From the human T2T-CHM13v2.0 reference genome, Homo sapiens: a DNA stretch of 64,000 nt. A program made the translations under genes and the position numbers. Of this stretch, positions 42,735-57,438 are shown piece after piece (position 1 is the stretch's first letter; each line of letters opens with the position of its first letter). The stretch lies in NCBI RefSeq assembly GCF_009914755.1, contig NC_060932.1. One strand, written 5' to 3'. The notes under the pieces were generated by a model. The model was given only the letters and a program-made list of their open reading frames with translations, searched no databases and was not told the origin of the DNA.

Positions 42735-43010
42735 TAAACAAATGTTTATTGAGGGTCTCCTCTGTGCCAAGCTATGTGCTGAGCCCTGGGGACACAGCAG
42801 TGTACAAGAAGGACCGAGGTTTCATCCTCATAGCACTCACAGGATAGTGGGGGAGACAGGCCTAAGCAAATAATCATAAATAGACCATGGCAGGAAAAAC
42901 ACACAGAGCTACGAGCCTATGTGGTGGGACTTACCCTCATCTGGAATGATCAGAGCAGGCTTCCATGAAGATGGTACATTTCAGCTGACTCCTGAGAGAT
43001 GAGAGGGGTT
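42735..43010 (+). mobile_element. L2 fragment (orientation as read: atttattgag... type)
   Basis: acaaatgtttattgag..tcctctgtgccaagc...ggggacacagcagtg...agggcttcc-type motifs. Confidence 0.7.
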
Positions 43011-43998
43011 GCAGGTAAGCTTTGGGGTGGGCTGGAGGGTGGGAGTGAGCCACCTTTTAGAGGCGGGGAATGGCTCCCCTAAGGCTCTGAGGCCTGGAGG
43101 GGACACACGCGCTTGAGCAGCTGCCCCCTGGAATCCCTGGCTAAGGCTCTGGGGGCCCAGATAAGAAAAGGAGAAAGAGACAGGCACTCAGGGTTCTAAG
43201 TTTCTGGTGGCCTGAAAGACTTTCCCCACATTTTTGCAAACTGGGTTCATGAAGATGGTGGCGGGGCTTCCAGTGGTCATAACCTTGACCCTTACCCCAC
43301 TGGATGTTTTGCCAATGTCATGCTTTTCCAGTGTGTTGCTGCTAACACATAGCACAGACTCAGAGAGAGAGTCAACCCTGAAGGGCAGTGGCAGAAACGG
43401 CCTGGGAGAGCCTTTTCAATGCCTCTCCAGACAAAAAGAAAATACCATCTGTCATGTCCACCAGCCACAGGCTGGCCTGGGCACTGGGTGCTCTGGGCAG
43501 CACGAGCATGGCCTTTCAAAGCAGCTCCTCACAGCCCCACCAATGGCATCATGTAGGCTGCTCTATGTGACGCCTTGGCCATTCCCTCCAAGATGGACAT
43601 GTAATAGGAGGTGGGAGGTGGGAGGTGGGTGACTAAGGAACAGAACCCCTAGTAGCACAGATCCTCCTTCAGAAGCCTCGTCTATGGCACTGAGCCACAC
43701 ATCCAGAAAACTGCCCTTTAGACAGCACTTATATTCTGAGACCCTGCCGAGCACCTTAAATGCCTGGTCTCCTAATCAGCAGCCCTTTGCAGAAGGCATT
43801 TTAATCTCCATTTTACAGATGCTAAAACTGAGGCTTAAAGAACCTAAGTGGCTTTCTCAAGGCCACATACTGATTTGTTAGCAAATACTTAAGCACCTAC
43901 TATGTCCCAGGTACTCAGAATACACTGAGGGGCAAAGCAAAGGGTTCTTTGCTGTGGTAACCCTAGGAGCAACCAAGAAGAGGTAGGAATTTAGATTT

Positions 43999-44495
43999 AA
44001 GAAAAAGAAAAACAGCTTTATTGGGGCATAATTCACATACCATATAATTCATCCATTGAAGGTTTACCGTTCAGTGGTTTTTAATATATTCAGAGTCATG
44101 CGACCATCACCATAATTTTAGAACATTCTTATCACCCCAAAAAGAAACCCTATACCCATTGGCAGTTACTAGTTTGTTCCCTCCAAACTGCCCTGCCTCC
44201 AGTCAGCTCTAGGCGACCACTCATCTATTTCTGCCTCTATAGACTTCATATGAAGGGAATCATAGAATAAGTGGTCTTTCATGACTGGCTTATTTCACTT
44301 AGCGTAGTGGTTTTAAGGTTTATACATGTTGTAAGCATGTATCATCAATACTTCATTCTTTTTTGATGCCAAAGAAGATTCCATTGTATGGGTAAGACCA
44401 CATTTAGTTTAGCCATGCATCTGTTAATGAACATTTCCACTTTTCGACTATCATAAATAGTGCTGCTATGAACACTTATGTACAGGTTTTCGCAT
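43999..44495 (-). mobile_element. L1MB 3' end
   Basis: acagctttatt..cataattcacataccata...tatcaccccaaaaagaaaccctatacccatt; diverged TSD ggtaggaatttagattt / ggtaggaacccagattt. Confidence 0.88.
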
Positions 44496-47400
44496 GGTAG
44501 GAACCCAGATTTCAACTCAATTTTACCCTACTCCAAAGCCTAACCACTCTACTCCTCAGCAGCTTCCATGCCCCTAAAAATAATTTCTTCCAAGGAGCCT
44601 GCCAACCTTGAACCTAGCCATGTTTGGAAGGAAAGAAGCCATGATCACATGCCATGGCCTTAGTCGAGCCTGGTAAACTTATTGGCAGGTGGGACTCTCC
44701 CTCTGAGGCCTGTGGAATGGGGCAGTAGGGAAGTTCTCCAGCATTTGTGTTGCTCCTCATGACAGGGACAGGCAAAGAACAAAGGCTGAGGCCTTCTGTC
44801 TTGAGCAACCCTAAACTCAGGGGATTCAGGGGCTCATTTAGAAGTTTGGGCACCATCAGCAATGGAGTTTAAATATGACACCCTCCTTGACCACAGAGCA
44901 CACGTTTCACGTTACTTATGGCTCTTTCCTGAGCCAGTGACCCCCTTACTTGGTCCTCTCTTATGACAAAGGAAGGGTTATGACACCATCAATTGTTGAT
45001 AGAGAGGGGGATGTGTACCCATAGCCCAAGCCACCAAGTCATGGGTGAATCCATCCTATAACAATGGCCTTCATGAGAGCAGCTAGCTCCTGGGGCAAGC
45101 CTTTTCTGATCTCCACCCCCATAGACTCTATATGCTCTCTTCTCTAGTAATTTTCCACTCCCTTTGTTCACAGAACTTAAGCCATTGTCTCATCTCTGTC
45201 TGAGTTTTTATCTACCTCCCTCCTCCTGGAACCCCAAGAGAAAAGATCGCCTGTCGTCATATTCCAAGTACCTAGCACAGTCCTTGGCACTGGGGAGGTG
45301 CTCAGAGAAGTCTGTAGAAGGAAGCAGGCAAGCCAGCAAGCTATGCTAGGGAGCAGCTGCTCTCATCCTGCTGCCTGATCCTGGCAGCCCATGCTCTGCC
45401 AGGCAGCCTGAGTGGAGATGGCCATGTGTACTAAGCCAGAAGGGACAGAGAAGCACTGAAGGCACTTGAGTCCCATAAGCCCAGGTCACCGTAACCACAA
45501 ATGGTGAAGTGGGGGGAGAAAGGGGCACAGTGGGCAGGAGCCAGAGCAGATGGCATTTGCCTTCGACTGACAAAGCACAAGGGCCCTTTCGGTTATTTCT
45601 CAGCCACGCCTCCAGGCCCCATTTCAGCCCTGGCCTAGTTTCAATCTCATTACCCGGTGCTGCCAGAACAAAATGCTCGCCCTGTCCCTGGTTCCCAAGA
45701 CCTGCCCCTTCAGGCCCATCACTTGGCATTTTACCACTTCCCAGATTCGCCACTTATCAAAACCCAAACTAATTAAAACTCGCAACCAATTTTCTTTCTT
45801 TATTCAACAGTGGACTTCTATTTGCTAATAAATCTCATGCGCTCATTCAGACACTTCCATCAGTTCCTGGAAACGTGCTTTTCTCTTTATTACTTTGTTA
45901 TCTGAGCTTTTTCATCTCCTTCTTGGACTTTTCTGATGTTCAGGGTCTGTATCTGTAATTGAGTCGTTCCTAGAGGTTTAAACTGCTTGGGGTGGCATGT
46001 CTCACTCTTTAAGATTGTTCCTGCTGCATTCAATATTTTAATGTTATTCCCAAATGGGAGCATCTTGCCTTCCTTCTTTGCCATCACCAAACCTCAGTCT
46101 AGGCTGCATCTGTTACGTCTAGTTCCTACAGCCATTACAAGGCATGCTGTGGCCCTCCACCCCTCCTGGTGACTTTCAGCAGCAATGGTGCACTCTCCTT
46201 TCTTGGGATAGCTGTTATCATCTTGGAGTTCTAGGGGGCTGGAGCTGAGGGACCTGAGAGATCATCCCATCCAATCCCTGAGCTTTACAGGTAATGCAGT
46301 GAAGACCCAGAGCAGGAAGGGGCCATACAGCTGTGAGTGACAACACTAGAAGGAGTATCTGAGGCTCCTGATGCCCCTTCAAAGGCCTTTACCATGTGGA
46401 TGCCTTCCCAGAGTTAGAATGGATAGAAGGGCCTGAGATCTTATGAACATGGCCCTGTCATGCTATGAGAGTGGATGTCCCCTTATCCCATCCTGCAGCT
46501 GCTCCCTCCCACTTAACTCTGCTGCCTGTGGACTCTCCCACCATCTTGGTGTCTCACAACCCCAATGGACAGTGTGTTCCCTTTAAACTGGGAGATCTCT
46601 CTGAGTACCTCTTCTAGATCATTTATGGGAAATAGTAAATAAATAGTAAGAAATTTGTTAGAGGTCCTGTCCTGATCCTTTGGGGATTTCATGTGGAAAA
46701 TCGTTCATCTCTTTCTGCTTTTGATTCCTTGGCTTCACGCTGCAAGAAAACATTTCCTCCTTCAGTTATGGGTGATTAATAGGACCACATCCAGGCTTTG
46801 GGTTCTAGCAGCATTGTGAAATTTCTCAGGAGAGCAAGAAAAAGCAGAAAAGGCTCCATGTTGCGTGTCTCATTTGCAACAGACTTGTTCTTTGCTCATT
46901 TCTGGTGGAGTCTTATTTTGTGATGGCAATGGGAAAGGATTTGTTTGTGGTGCTGGGAACTCTTCCCCACCGCACAGTGGTCTGAAGACCAAAGAAAGTG
47001 ATAAATAATGTTTTGCAGGCAAGGAAAGAGGGTGATGGTGCTTTAGCTCTCCAGCTCTTCCTAAAGGCGCATTCCAGGCCCAGGGCTTTGGTGGCTGTCT
47101 TCCTCCCCCTTCCTGCAGCCCAAGGAACACAGAGCCAGCAGACTCTAGTTCCCGGGCCATCTCTCACCCAAGTCCAGGCACCTGGGGGAAGGGCAGATGG
47201 GCCTCTTGCCTCAGTGGGTTTCAACGGCCTGCCTTGAAGTGCAAATGGCAGGTGTTGGCTCCTCCGTGCCTTTCAGAGCATCCGCCTGGCTCTTTTATGA
47301 GATTACAGACGCTTTCATCTCAGCTTTGGCCCGGATTTCCTCCTTCCCAGCAAGGCTCCAAAGACTGGCAACGAGGCGAGAACAAGAAGAGGAGGCTCAT

Positions 47401-49199
47401 TCCTGGCTGCATCCCTGCTGGGCAGGGTGACCCAGCCTGCACATCTTCCAGCCGCATCCTTTTGAGCCATCGAGGCTGAGAAGGGAGCACAGAGGACCAG
47501 GTTAAGAGGGGCCCTTCCCCTTGGCGCCTGGAGGAAGTTGCATTGCATCCTGGGAACGCTCTGATCATCCCCTTTGCTTTGTGCCTTTCACTTCAATCCA
47601 GTGGAGAGGGGCTTCGGTGCCTTTCTTTTTCTTTTTCTTTTTCTTTTTTTCTACCTAGAGGTACTTTTTTGAGGCTCGAGACTGAGAACGTAACACATCT
47701 CTTGCACTTTTGCTTTATGTGTATGTGTACACACACACCCTCAGTTCTTTGCTGTACTTGCTCGCCGTCTTGCTCTTCAGGTTTCCTTTTCTTTAAAAGC
47801 CCAAGTAGTTTCCTTCCCATATTGTTCTCAGTGAAAGAAAAAGGAGCGTCTCTTCTCTCCTAAATCCTAATTCCTTCCTTCCATCCATCCTATCGTTTAA
47901 CCTTTTCTTCCAGAGCCAGGACTTTGTGTCTGCTCCTAACATCCACATCCCTTCCAGATCTGTCTCCACACTCCCCACCCCTTCTGGCTTCGTCTCCTGC
48001 CACTGTCTCCTGACCTCCATCCACCCCAAATCCACACCCTTCCCTGACCCAGCCTTCCTTTTCATGCCTCTGTTCTTTTGCTCATGCATTTCTCCTGATT
48101 TTCAAGACCCACATTCACAACTGTGCCTGGCTCAACTCTTATCTCTGTGAAACCCTCCAGCACCTCTGTCCCCAGTCCCCCCCACCAGGCAGCCAGTGAC
48201 GTCCTCCCTGTCATCCAGCGCATTCATCCCACGCAGTGTTATAATTATGACCTGCGTTTCTCAGGGCTCCCAGCCTTGGGCTCCAAGTTGGGTCACTGTG
48301 CAGGAGGTTTTGTCTCCACCTACTGTGGCGTGGCCTCCAAGCGGATCACAGTCAGCCCCCTAACTATTTCTGGGAGTCCTCAGGGAGCATTGCAGGTGTT
48401 CTTCACTCTAAAAAGGCACCGAGAAACCATTTCCTGCCCCTGCCAGAGTTGGGAGTCCTGGCCCTGTCCCCATGAGACCACACAGCATCTACATTATGAT
48501 CTGCCAGAACCCCTGACCCACCACAATGTCCTCCATCCCCACCACACCCAAGCCCACAGTGGATTCTGCAACCATGAGAATCCCTCTCCCCAAACCCTCA
48601 TCTCTCCCCACCCCATGTTACTTTCTACCATGGAGCCCTAGCAGTGCTGCCTCACACAGTGATTTTTATTGAGACAACCCTGTCCAATTATACTTGTCCC
48701 ATCCTCTTGAAATCAGACATAGATCTTTGAAACCTAGGCCAAAGGATGACCTGATGAAGATCAGGCATAAGGCCGCAGTCAGAACTGCATTTCTGTCTGA
48801 TGACTAACATGGTCTTCTTAAGTCAGGGTATGTGCCTTCCTAAGGATGAGTTACTTCCCCCAAAACCCCTTGGGCCTTGGAATTTAAAAAATCACTATCA
48901 AGCCTGTGTTGCCAAAATTCCAAATGTGCCGTGACATGTCTGGATCCTAAAACAAACAGAATATAGGCTACAGAGGCACACACACCACCACTGTGCATTC
49001 CTCACCCACAGCAGACATCACCAGTCAATCACAGCATAGGTTCTCCTAGTAAGGCCATCAGGATTCTTCTCAACACACTGCAGACCTCACCTCTACTCTG
49101 AAGGCTTTCTGGATCCTCTTGATAGAAATGATTCCACTCTTTTCTTACCTTTCATAGCCCTCAAGACTCTGCTACTCTTGTCTGGGCTCATCTAGATTG

Positions 49200-49480
49200 T
49201 AGTAATAAGACTAATGGCTAATCTTTACTGAGCTCTCACTTTGACCCAGGCACCATTCTAAGTGCCTCTTATTAAACTTATTTAATCCTCACAGTCATGT
49301 GAACTAAGTACCAATCCCATGTGACAGATGAAAAAACTGAGACACAGGAATTACACTGTTCCAAGTCAGAGACTGTGTCCCGACCGCCTTTGTCATTCCA
49401 ATCGTTCAACATTTTTATTAGGCACCCATGTGTGCCAGGCACTGCAATAGGCCTTGAGGACGAAATCCAGATCCCCAGAA
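49200..49480. mobile_element. MIR followed by an L2 end
   Basis: tttaatcctcacag...acagatgaaaaaactgagacac; cattccaatcgttcaacatttttatt..cacccatgtgtgccaggcactg. Confidence 0.75.
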
Positions 49481-49709
49481 CCTCTGCCTCCCCAGCAAAT
49501 TGGGCAAAGCTGTTTTGCTTCCCAGAAAACAAGAACTTTAATCCTGGCTTCCAAGTCCCAGGGTGTCTGCCTCCTTGCCACAGCCACCACCCTCAGTGCC
49601 TTACCCATCTCGCCTTTGCCTTGCCCCTCATCCCACTTCTGTTGCACTTCTCACCTCGTCTTTGGAGGAGACCATGGTTGATTCAGACTTCTTGGCCAAG
49701 ACATATTTT

Positions 49710-50283
<574 letters not shown>

Positions 50284-51120
50284 TCAGCACAGCACTTGCT
50301 AATCTCTCGCTTCATCCAGTTCTTCTTTCACTTTCATTTTGCATCTCTTACTCATCTCTTCCTCCTTCAATGGTTAGCTCCTTGAGGTGTGCAGCTTAAG
50401 TTTTTTCTTATGTACATTAGCTGTAGCCATGTGCTGGATTCATAATCGGTGCACAGTAGATGACAGACAGTTTTGAAGATTTGTTTGATTGCAACGTCTG
50501 GGGAAGGGAGTGGTTCTCAGTCTATTTTTTCTGCTCCAACACATGGTGGGGAGCGTGACCGTCATTCATTCCTCATGTATTTATTGCGTACTCACTACAT
50601 ACTAAGTACTCCTTTTGTTTGCTTGTTTTTTAATCAATCATGTGCTAGCTTCAAGCTGTTACCAGCACAAATGTGTGATGGTACCACTCTTGCAAACCAA
50701 TGGATTAAGATATAAAGGAAATTTTCAAAGATGACAGGGCTGTGGTAATTACTAGTCAAGCTGTATCTGCAAATGTATAAAGTACTTCTGCATCTATTGT
50801 CTCATTGAATCATGACAACCGTCAGAGGTGAATGGTAGCATCCCGTTTTGCAGATGAAGATACAGGGCCCAAAAGTATGTGGCCTGCCCGAGGTCACACA
50901 GCTTCTGAGAAATGGAGCTTCACTTCAAAACTGTGCCACCATGCTTGCTCTCTGAAAACAAAATAAAACCACTTTTCTGATTCTAAAGAGAATAATCCAG
51001 GTTACCGTAGAAATTGTTGAAAATATATCACGCAGAAAATAAAAATCATGGGTAATTCCTACACCCATAGATAGCTGACATTAACAGTATCTGCATATTC
51101 TTACAATTTGCATGTTTTTA

Positions 51121-51439
<319 letters not shown>

Positions 51440-51519
51440 TTCAAATTGAATCCTGTTGTATATACTTGTGTGTAGCTGCATTTTTCTGCTTTTTTTTTTC
51501 TTTTGATACCTTTGGTACC

Positions 51520-51840
51520 AACTGCCTTTTTAAATTAAGATATAATTTACATACAATGAAATTACACTTTTAGTGTACAATTCTATGAGTTTTGACACAC
51601 CCATGCTGTTGAATAACCACTACCAACATCAAGATATAGAACTGTTCTATCACCCCAAAAACTCAACGCCCACCTTCAGACCCTGGAAAGCAATGGATTT
51701 GTCTGTATGATTTGCCTTCTCTGGATGACACATAAATGGACTCATGCGGTGTGGTGTAGCTTCAGTTTTCACTTAGCATTGGAGGCATGTGTCCACATGA
51801 GGTTATATACTCTTCAGAAGCATTGTTTTTTAATGACTAC
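51520..51840 (-). mobile_element. L1M (MB/ME) 3' fragment
   Basis: gatataatttacatacaatgaaa...gtgtacaattctatgagttttgac...atcaagatatagaac. Confidence 0.8.
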
Positions 51841-52204
51841 CTGCCACCCGGCAGGCCACGTGCCCTCCAGTTCACAGCCGCAGCCTCTCAGAGAATAGAA
51901 ATGAGAGGTAGAGAGCTGCATTGGGAAGCACAAGGGCAGGATCGATGTGATGAGCACAAGTCACCCACGAGAGGAGGTGCTGGCTCTTCTGCTTTCAGGC
52001 CGAAGGGGCTGAGCTCCATATGGGCGGGCTGGACAGTACCACACCACAATGCACAGCACCTACGTTTGCGTCCTGCTTTGTGCTTTTAGATCCCTTGCTC
52101 GTATGTGGCACCTTCTGGATTCTCGGTTTCAGATTGAGTTTCCTCAAGCAAGTGGAGATAAGAATGTTCATCTTATAGGGCCATTGTGAGGATGGAAGGA
52201 CATG

Positions 52205-52528
52205 TTTTTTTTTGGTTTTGTTTTTGTTTTTGTTTTTTTGAGATGGAGGAGTCTCACTCTGTCGCCCAGGCTGGAGTGCGTTGGCGTGATCTCTGCTCAC
52301 TCTGCAACCTCTGCCTCCCAGGTTCAAGTGATTCTCCTGCCTCAGCCTCCTGAGTAGATGAGATTACAGGCACCCACAACCACACCTGGCTAATTTTTTT
52401 GTATTTTTAGTAGAGATGGGGTTTCACCATGTTGGCCAGGCTGTTCTTGAACTCCTGACCTCAGGTGACCCACCCACCTCGGCCTCCCAAAGTGCTAGGA
52501 TTACAGGCATGACCTACCGTGCCCGGCT
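52205..52528 (-). mobile_element. AluS
   Basis: T-rich tail plus full Alu reverse complement. Confidence 0.96.
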
Positions 52529-52639
52529 TGAAGGAGATGATTTGTGCCCAAGTGCTGACCACAGGGATGAGCACTCCGGCTGTTTTCTCTTCTTTCCCAT
52601 CCCCACCACCGCTGCTGCCCCTCCCCTGGGGGTTTGGAT

Positions 52640-52990
52640 CCGCAGATCTTAAGTGCTCTCGCCACAAAAAAGAAGCGTGGGCGTGGTGATTCACGCCTGT
52701 AATCCCAACACTTTGGGAGGCCAAGGTGGGAGGATTGCTGGAGCCCAGGATTTTGAGACCAGGCTGAGCAACACAGGGAGACCCCATCAAGAAAGAGAGA
52801 GAGAGAGAGAGAAAGTGAGGAAGGGAGGGAGGGAGGGAGGAAGGAAGGAGAAAATGGCAACTATGTGAGGTGATAGATATATCAACTCAATTGTGGTGAG
52901 TGCTTCACAATGTATACCTATATCAAAACAAGTTGTACACCTAAAATATATACAATTTTTCTTGTGAAGTATACCTCAGTAAAGCTCAGG
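52640..52990 (+). mobile_element. L1MA(8/9)-like 3' end interrupted by an Alu monomer
   Basis: agatcttaagtgctctcgccac...aactatgtgaggtgatagatat...gttgtacacctaaaatatatacaatttt. Confidence 0.8.
52674..52850 (+). mobile_element. FLAM/AluJ left monomer with a (GA)/(GGGA) tail
   Basis: gggaggattgctggagcccagga..ttgagaccaggctg; monomer length; purine microsatellite tail. Confidence 0.88.
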
Positions 52991-54277
52991 GGCAAAAAAA
53001 AGAGATGAGTCGATGTTAACCCAAACTGTTAAAAACAGATGTCACCTAGTTGAAGCTGCTTCCCTATGTCATCAAAAGGATTAAAAGAGAATTGAAGAAA
53101 AAGAGCACTTCAGGAAGAACAAATGATAGGCTGGAAACAAATACACAGGGGCCTCTAGAAGCTGTGCCTCTTGATGAAGAAGGAATCCCTCGAGGACAGG
53201 AGAGGAGCTGGGATGACACTTGTAGCTCTTTGTGCTAAAATGACTCAGGCAGCTCCTGCATTCATTTTGGGTGCTGAAGTTTTAGAACTGTTTTCCCCAC
53301 CCCCACCAACACCTTCTTATCCCTCCTCCTGGGTCTTTCTTAGACTTCTCCCAGCAAAGCAGAGTCCGTATCCTAGTGTGTTGCTATGGAAAGAATGGCA
53401 ACATCACTTGTGAGTTCATGAAAAAAAAAAAAAGAAAAGGAAAAAAAGAAAAAAATAGGACAAGCGGGATTTTTTTTAAGTGTTATGAAACTGGAAGAAA
53501 AACTGTTCCACCACTAAATATATCCACTTACAAAATCAGCAGATGTTAGGGAAGGGCTCGGACAGAGTCAGTCCCTCTGCCCTGCAGAAAACTCATAGCA
53601 GAGCATTTTCATAGCCATTGCTCCTGTGAGACTCTGAGAAACTGTTAGGTCTCAGGGCTGGTGGCTGGAACCTTCAATGTTTGCCAAATGGATCATGTGG
53701 CAGCCATGACCTGGGGGACCTTTGAATAACTAGGCTCCACTTTGTTTTAGGACCTTCCTCCTGTTCCTTCTCCTCCATTTCCTGTGTCAGATCACCCCAA
53801 CTTTGACCTTTTTGGGTCCCTTCAAGAAGCACAGCTTTAGAGCCTGGGTTTGAATCCCAGCTTTGCCTTGCATTGGCTATGGTACTTGGGTGTATTGCTC
53901 AACATCTCTGAGCTTCCAGTTTCCATATGCATGAAACACTTACTGTCAAGGGGTTGTAAAGTTTAACAGTAACACATGAACCACCTAGCAGAGTGGCCAG
54001 CATAGAGCTGTTAGTAATATTGTGTAATAGAGATTCTTTTCCCTTCTAGTCACATTTTCCATCTGCCCGGTGGGCTGCTGGGGACTGCAAAGGGGGCAGT
54101 TCAGCCTCTGTCTTCCAGCTGACAGAGCCAACCAGGTGGCCCTATCAGGTGTGGACTCCACCTCAACCTGAGACCTTCCTCAGCATCCTTCATGTCTTCC
54201 TAAAATTACTTGTCAGTGTCAAAGTCTAGATAGAGGGAATCTTCTCACATTCCTGGTTGATATCTTGGGTCGGCCTC

Positions 54278-54762
54278 TGTTCTGGTGAACTATTGCTGCA
54301 CAGCAAACCACAGCAAAACCAGGAGTTGCAGACAGAAGTTTACGATTATTATATCTCACAGTTCTGTGAGTGAGAAGTTTAGACAGACTGTAGCAGTTAT
54401 GGCTTGTCTGTACTCCAGGAGGCCTGGGGGCCTCAAGTGAGATGGGCCTAGAGCAGCTGGAGACTGGCTGAGCGTCTGTCTCCCTGCTTGGGTAGGCTGA
54501 GCTTCCTCACAGCATGGTGGCCTCAAAGTAGTCAAACTTCTGACTCCTCCAAGAGGAAAGAAGTGGAAACTGCATGTCCTCTTAAACTGTCGTAGGTTCT
54601 TAAATATGTCCAGAACTGTCATAGATTCACTTCCACCATATTATACTGGTCAAAGCAGTCACAGGTCAGCACAGATTCAAGGGAGGTAGGGATGGGAACA
54701 TGGACCCCATCTCTCAATGAAAAAAGTGTCACACAATTTGCAACCACCTTTAATCTGCCACA
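54278..54762 (-). mobile_element. MaLR solo LTR (MLT1F/G-like)
   Basis: ctattgctgca..caaaccac...gcttcctcacagcatggtggcctc...ggtcaaagcagtcacagg...ttaatctgccaca. Confidence 0.8.
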
Positions 54763-55229
54763 GTGTCTGCCACAAAGTCACCACACCCACCTGCCTGCTG
54801 GTCCTGGAAGGAAAATCTGAGAAGCCGATGGTGGAGACTGAGAGCAGAACTAAGAGGCAGGACCAACATCACTCATCACAGGCAAAGGCAGAGCTCAGAT
54901 AGTGTACATTTCAGGGTAGCTGGCTTTTTAAAGAGTTGTATGCAAACCAGAATTCTGGAATGGCTCCCAATTATAAATGCTCCATGGGTATGCTCTCTGA
55001 CAGATTCCTGTCGATAACCACCACCCCTCAGCTTCTCAAGTGTAAATTCCAAGCATTTATACATCAAATTTGCTAAAATATAAGGCATTTCCATCCCAAG
55101 TCATTGTGCTCTGTCCTGATGAAAGATGGGTCCACATTGTCAAAATTGGCAGAATCAGTTAGGTGGGCCTTCCCCAGCAGGTTGTCCAGGCCGTGATTAC
55201 CTGGAAAGAAAGATTCCTGCTTTGCGTGG

Positions 55230-55671
55230 TGTATCAGTTTCCTAGGACTGCTGTAACAAAGCACCACAAACTGGGTAGCTTGGGAGAGATTCATTGTCTT
55301 CTAGTTCTGGAGGCTAGAACTCCAACGCTGAGGTCAACAGGGCCGTGCTCCCTCTGAAGCCTCTAGGGGAAGATCTGTTCCAGACCCATCTCCTAGCTGC
55401 TGGGCACCTCAGGCTTCCTTGGCTTGCATACGGCCATCTTCTCTCAGTGGCTCTTCACATCATCTTCCCTCAGTGCCTGTCTGCCTCTGCACCCGAGTTT
55501 CCCCTTTTCATAAAGACACTAGTCATATTGTATTTGGGCTCATGCCAGTGACCTCATGTTAACTTGATTACCTCTGTAAAGACCCTATTTCCAAATAGAC
55601 TCAAAATCTAAGGTACTAGGGGTTAAGACTTTGACATATCTTTTTAGGGGGACAAAATTCAATCCATTAAA
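55230..55671 (-). mobile_element. MLT1B-like solo LTR
   Basis: tgtatcagtttcctaggactgctgtaacaaagcaccacaaactggg...aagaccctatttccaaata...ggggacaaaattcaatcca; near-TSD cgtgg/ggtgg. Confidence 0.9.
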
Positions 55672-57259
55672 GGTGGTGAGCAGAGATGGACTGGGGCCAA
55701 AGCCTGGCCTCGCACAATCTCACTTCCAGTCTCTCTTGATCTCCACAGGTCATAACCCAGGCCTGGGTCAGAGCAAGGGGTCTTCTAGAATAGAAGATCC
55801 AGAGGGCAATAGTCTCAGTGCCCAGAACAATGCTAGTGTATATTAGGCCCTCAGTACATACTTTACTGAATGAATGATTGAATGAACCGATTGGCCCATC
55901 GGTGAATATCTGGTGACCAGACAGAGAAAAAATGGTCCACCATACCCCATGTATTGTAGCTTCTGATCTTTAAGTGGCCAGGTATTTGAGGGTATCTGAG
56001 TCGCGGTCTCAGTTGTGTTGAGGTTTGCAGTTATTGCTGTAGTTACTTCTGCTGCTAATAATATGGGAGAATTCACAGGTCTCTCCTCCTCCTTTGAAGT
56101 TGAGTCAGTGACATCTTGCTATTAAGAAAAATACAGGAGCGACTACATACCTTACTCTGCTGTCAGCTGTTAGAAGAACTCCTAGAGAGGAAAAGGGGGA
56201 CCCCACTGAAAAGCTTACTAGTTGGCTATACAAAAGCAGTCCCAGCATCAGCCTGACTTCTCAGCATTTGAGATTTGTATCTTCACCCCAAGATAACTTT
56301 GGAGTAAGTTAAACTGATTTGGATGGAACTTGTTACACAGTTGTGGCATGAATTACTAGTTGATTGTTCCCCTTGAAATCAAACAATTGCCAAGTGAGGT
56401 TCTTAGTAGTGTCTTGTGCAAATTGCACTAGACGTCAAGAGATAGGCAGCGTAGAGGAGGACGTGATGGTGTGTGATTGATCTTCCGTAACTGCTAACTG
56501 AGCACCTGCTGAGCAGGCCCCAGTTCTTAGTGCTATGGAAAACACAGTGATGAACAGCACCAGGTTCTTGCCCAAAATGAGCTCTTGACCCACTAGGGGC
56601 GAGAAATACCCACACAGGTAACTCTAATAGATGTTACAGAGTAACAAGTTCAAACCGTGTTCTCTTTGAGTAGAGGAGGGAGTAAACAATCTGACAGAGG
56701 GAATCCAGACACACTCTTGTAGGAGGAGGGATATAAGCAAGGCTTTGAAGATACGCAAGAGGTTGGCCTTTGATAGGAAGATTTTGGAGAGAGGGCTGGT
56801 TCAGGCAGAGAGAACAGCTCGAGCAAAGCCTAGAGGTGGAGGAGGGCAGAGCAGGTTCCGAAATAGCTGACACACACTGGGTGAATCAGAAGCCCAGGCT
56901 CTCTAAGCAGGGCTTTGAAGACGACATGGAGGAACTTGGACAATATTTCAGGAATGCTAGGGAGCCAGGGAACGGTTAAGAGAAGGGAGTGGTGTGTTTC
57001 AGCAGATCACAGGGACAGAGTGGAAGGGTGATTGGGAGGCCATTGTGACTGCAAGTGGAGAAGAGGACATGGGACAGAGTGGGGGGGCACACACAGAAAT
57101 GGACTTTCTGGTGACGGCTTAAGTGAGATGACAGCCCAGATTTACAAACCCACCTAACAGAGGAACTGAATGGGAATAACCTCTCCTATTAGTGTCCTTC
57201 ACAGAAGCCACACGCATGCGCCCCAGCTCAGATCTCCTGGGAAGTGGCCAGCCTGAAAC

Positions 57260-57438
57260 CAGTGCTGCTTAAGCTGGGCTGCTCCCTGGAACTGTCCAAT
57301 AGCTTTAAAAATATATATAAATGCCTGGGCCCTACCTACAGAGAAACTGTCTTAATTGGTATGGGGTGAGGCCTGAGCACTGGGGTATTTAAAAGCTCCT
57401 CTGTTGATGCCGGTGCGGAACAAGGGTTGAGGGCCCTG
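57260..57438. mobile_element. MER5 (hAT-Charlie)
   Basis: atgcctgggccctacc...ttaattggtatggggtgaggcctg...tttaaaagctcc...agggttgag. Confidence 0.8.

Noticed and set aside
48123-48641. Longest ORF in the track (172 aa); also 40657-41160 and 42268-42847
   Set aside because: No recognisable domain, non-ATG starts, no convincing splice framing; lengths are expected by chance in GC-richer DNA.
56589-56604. CCACTAGGGGCG CTCF-like word; weaker ones near 45543, 59323 and 62377
   Set aside because: Spacing or core mismatches against the CTCF consensus; cannot be supported from sequence alone.
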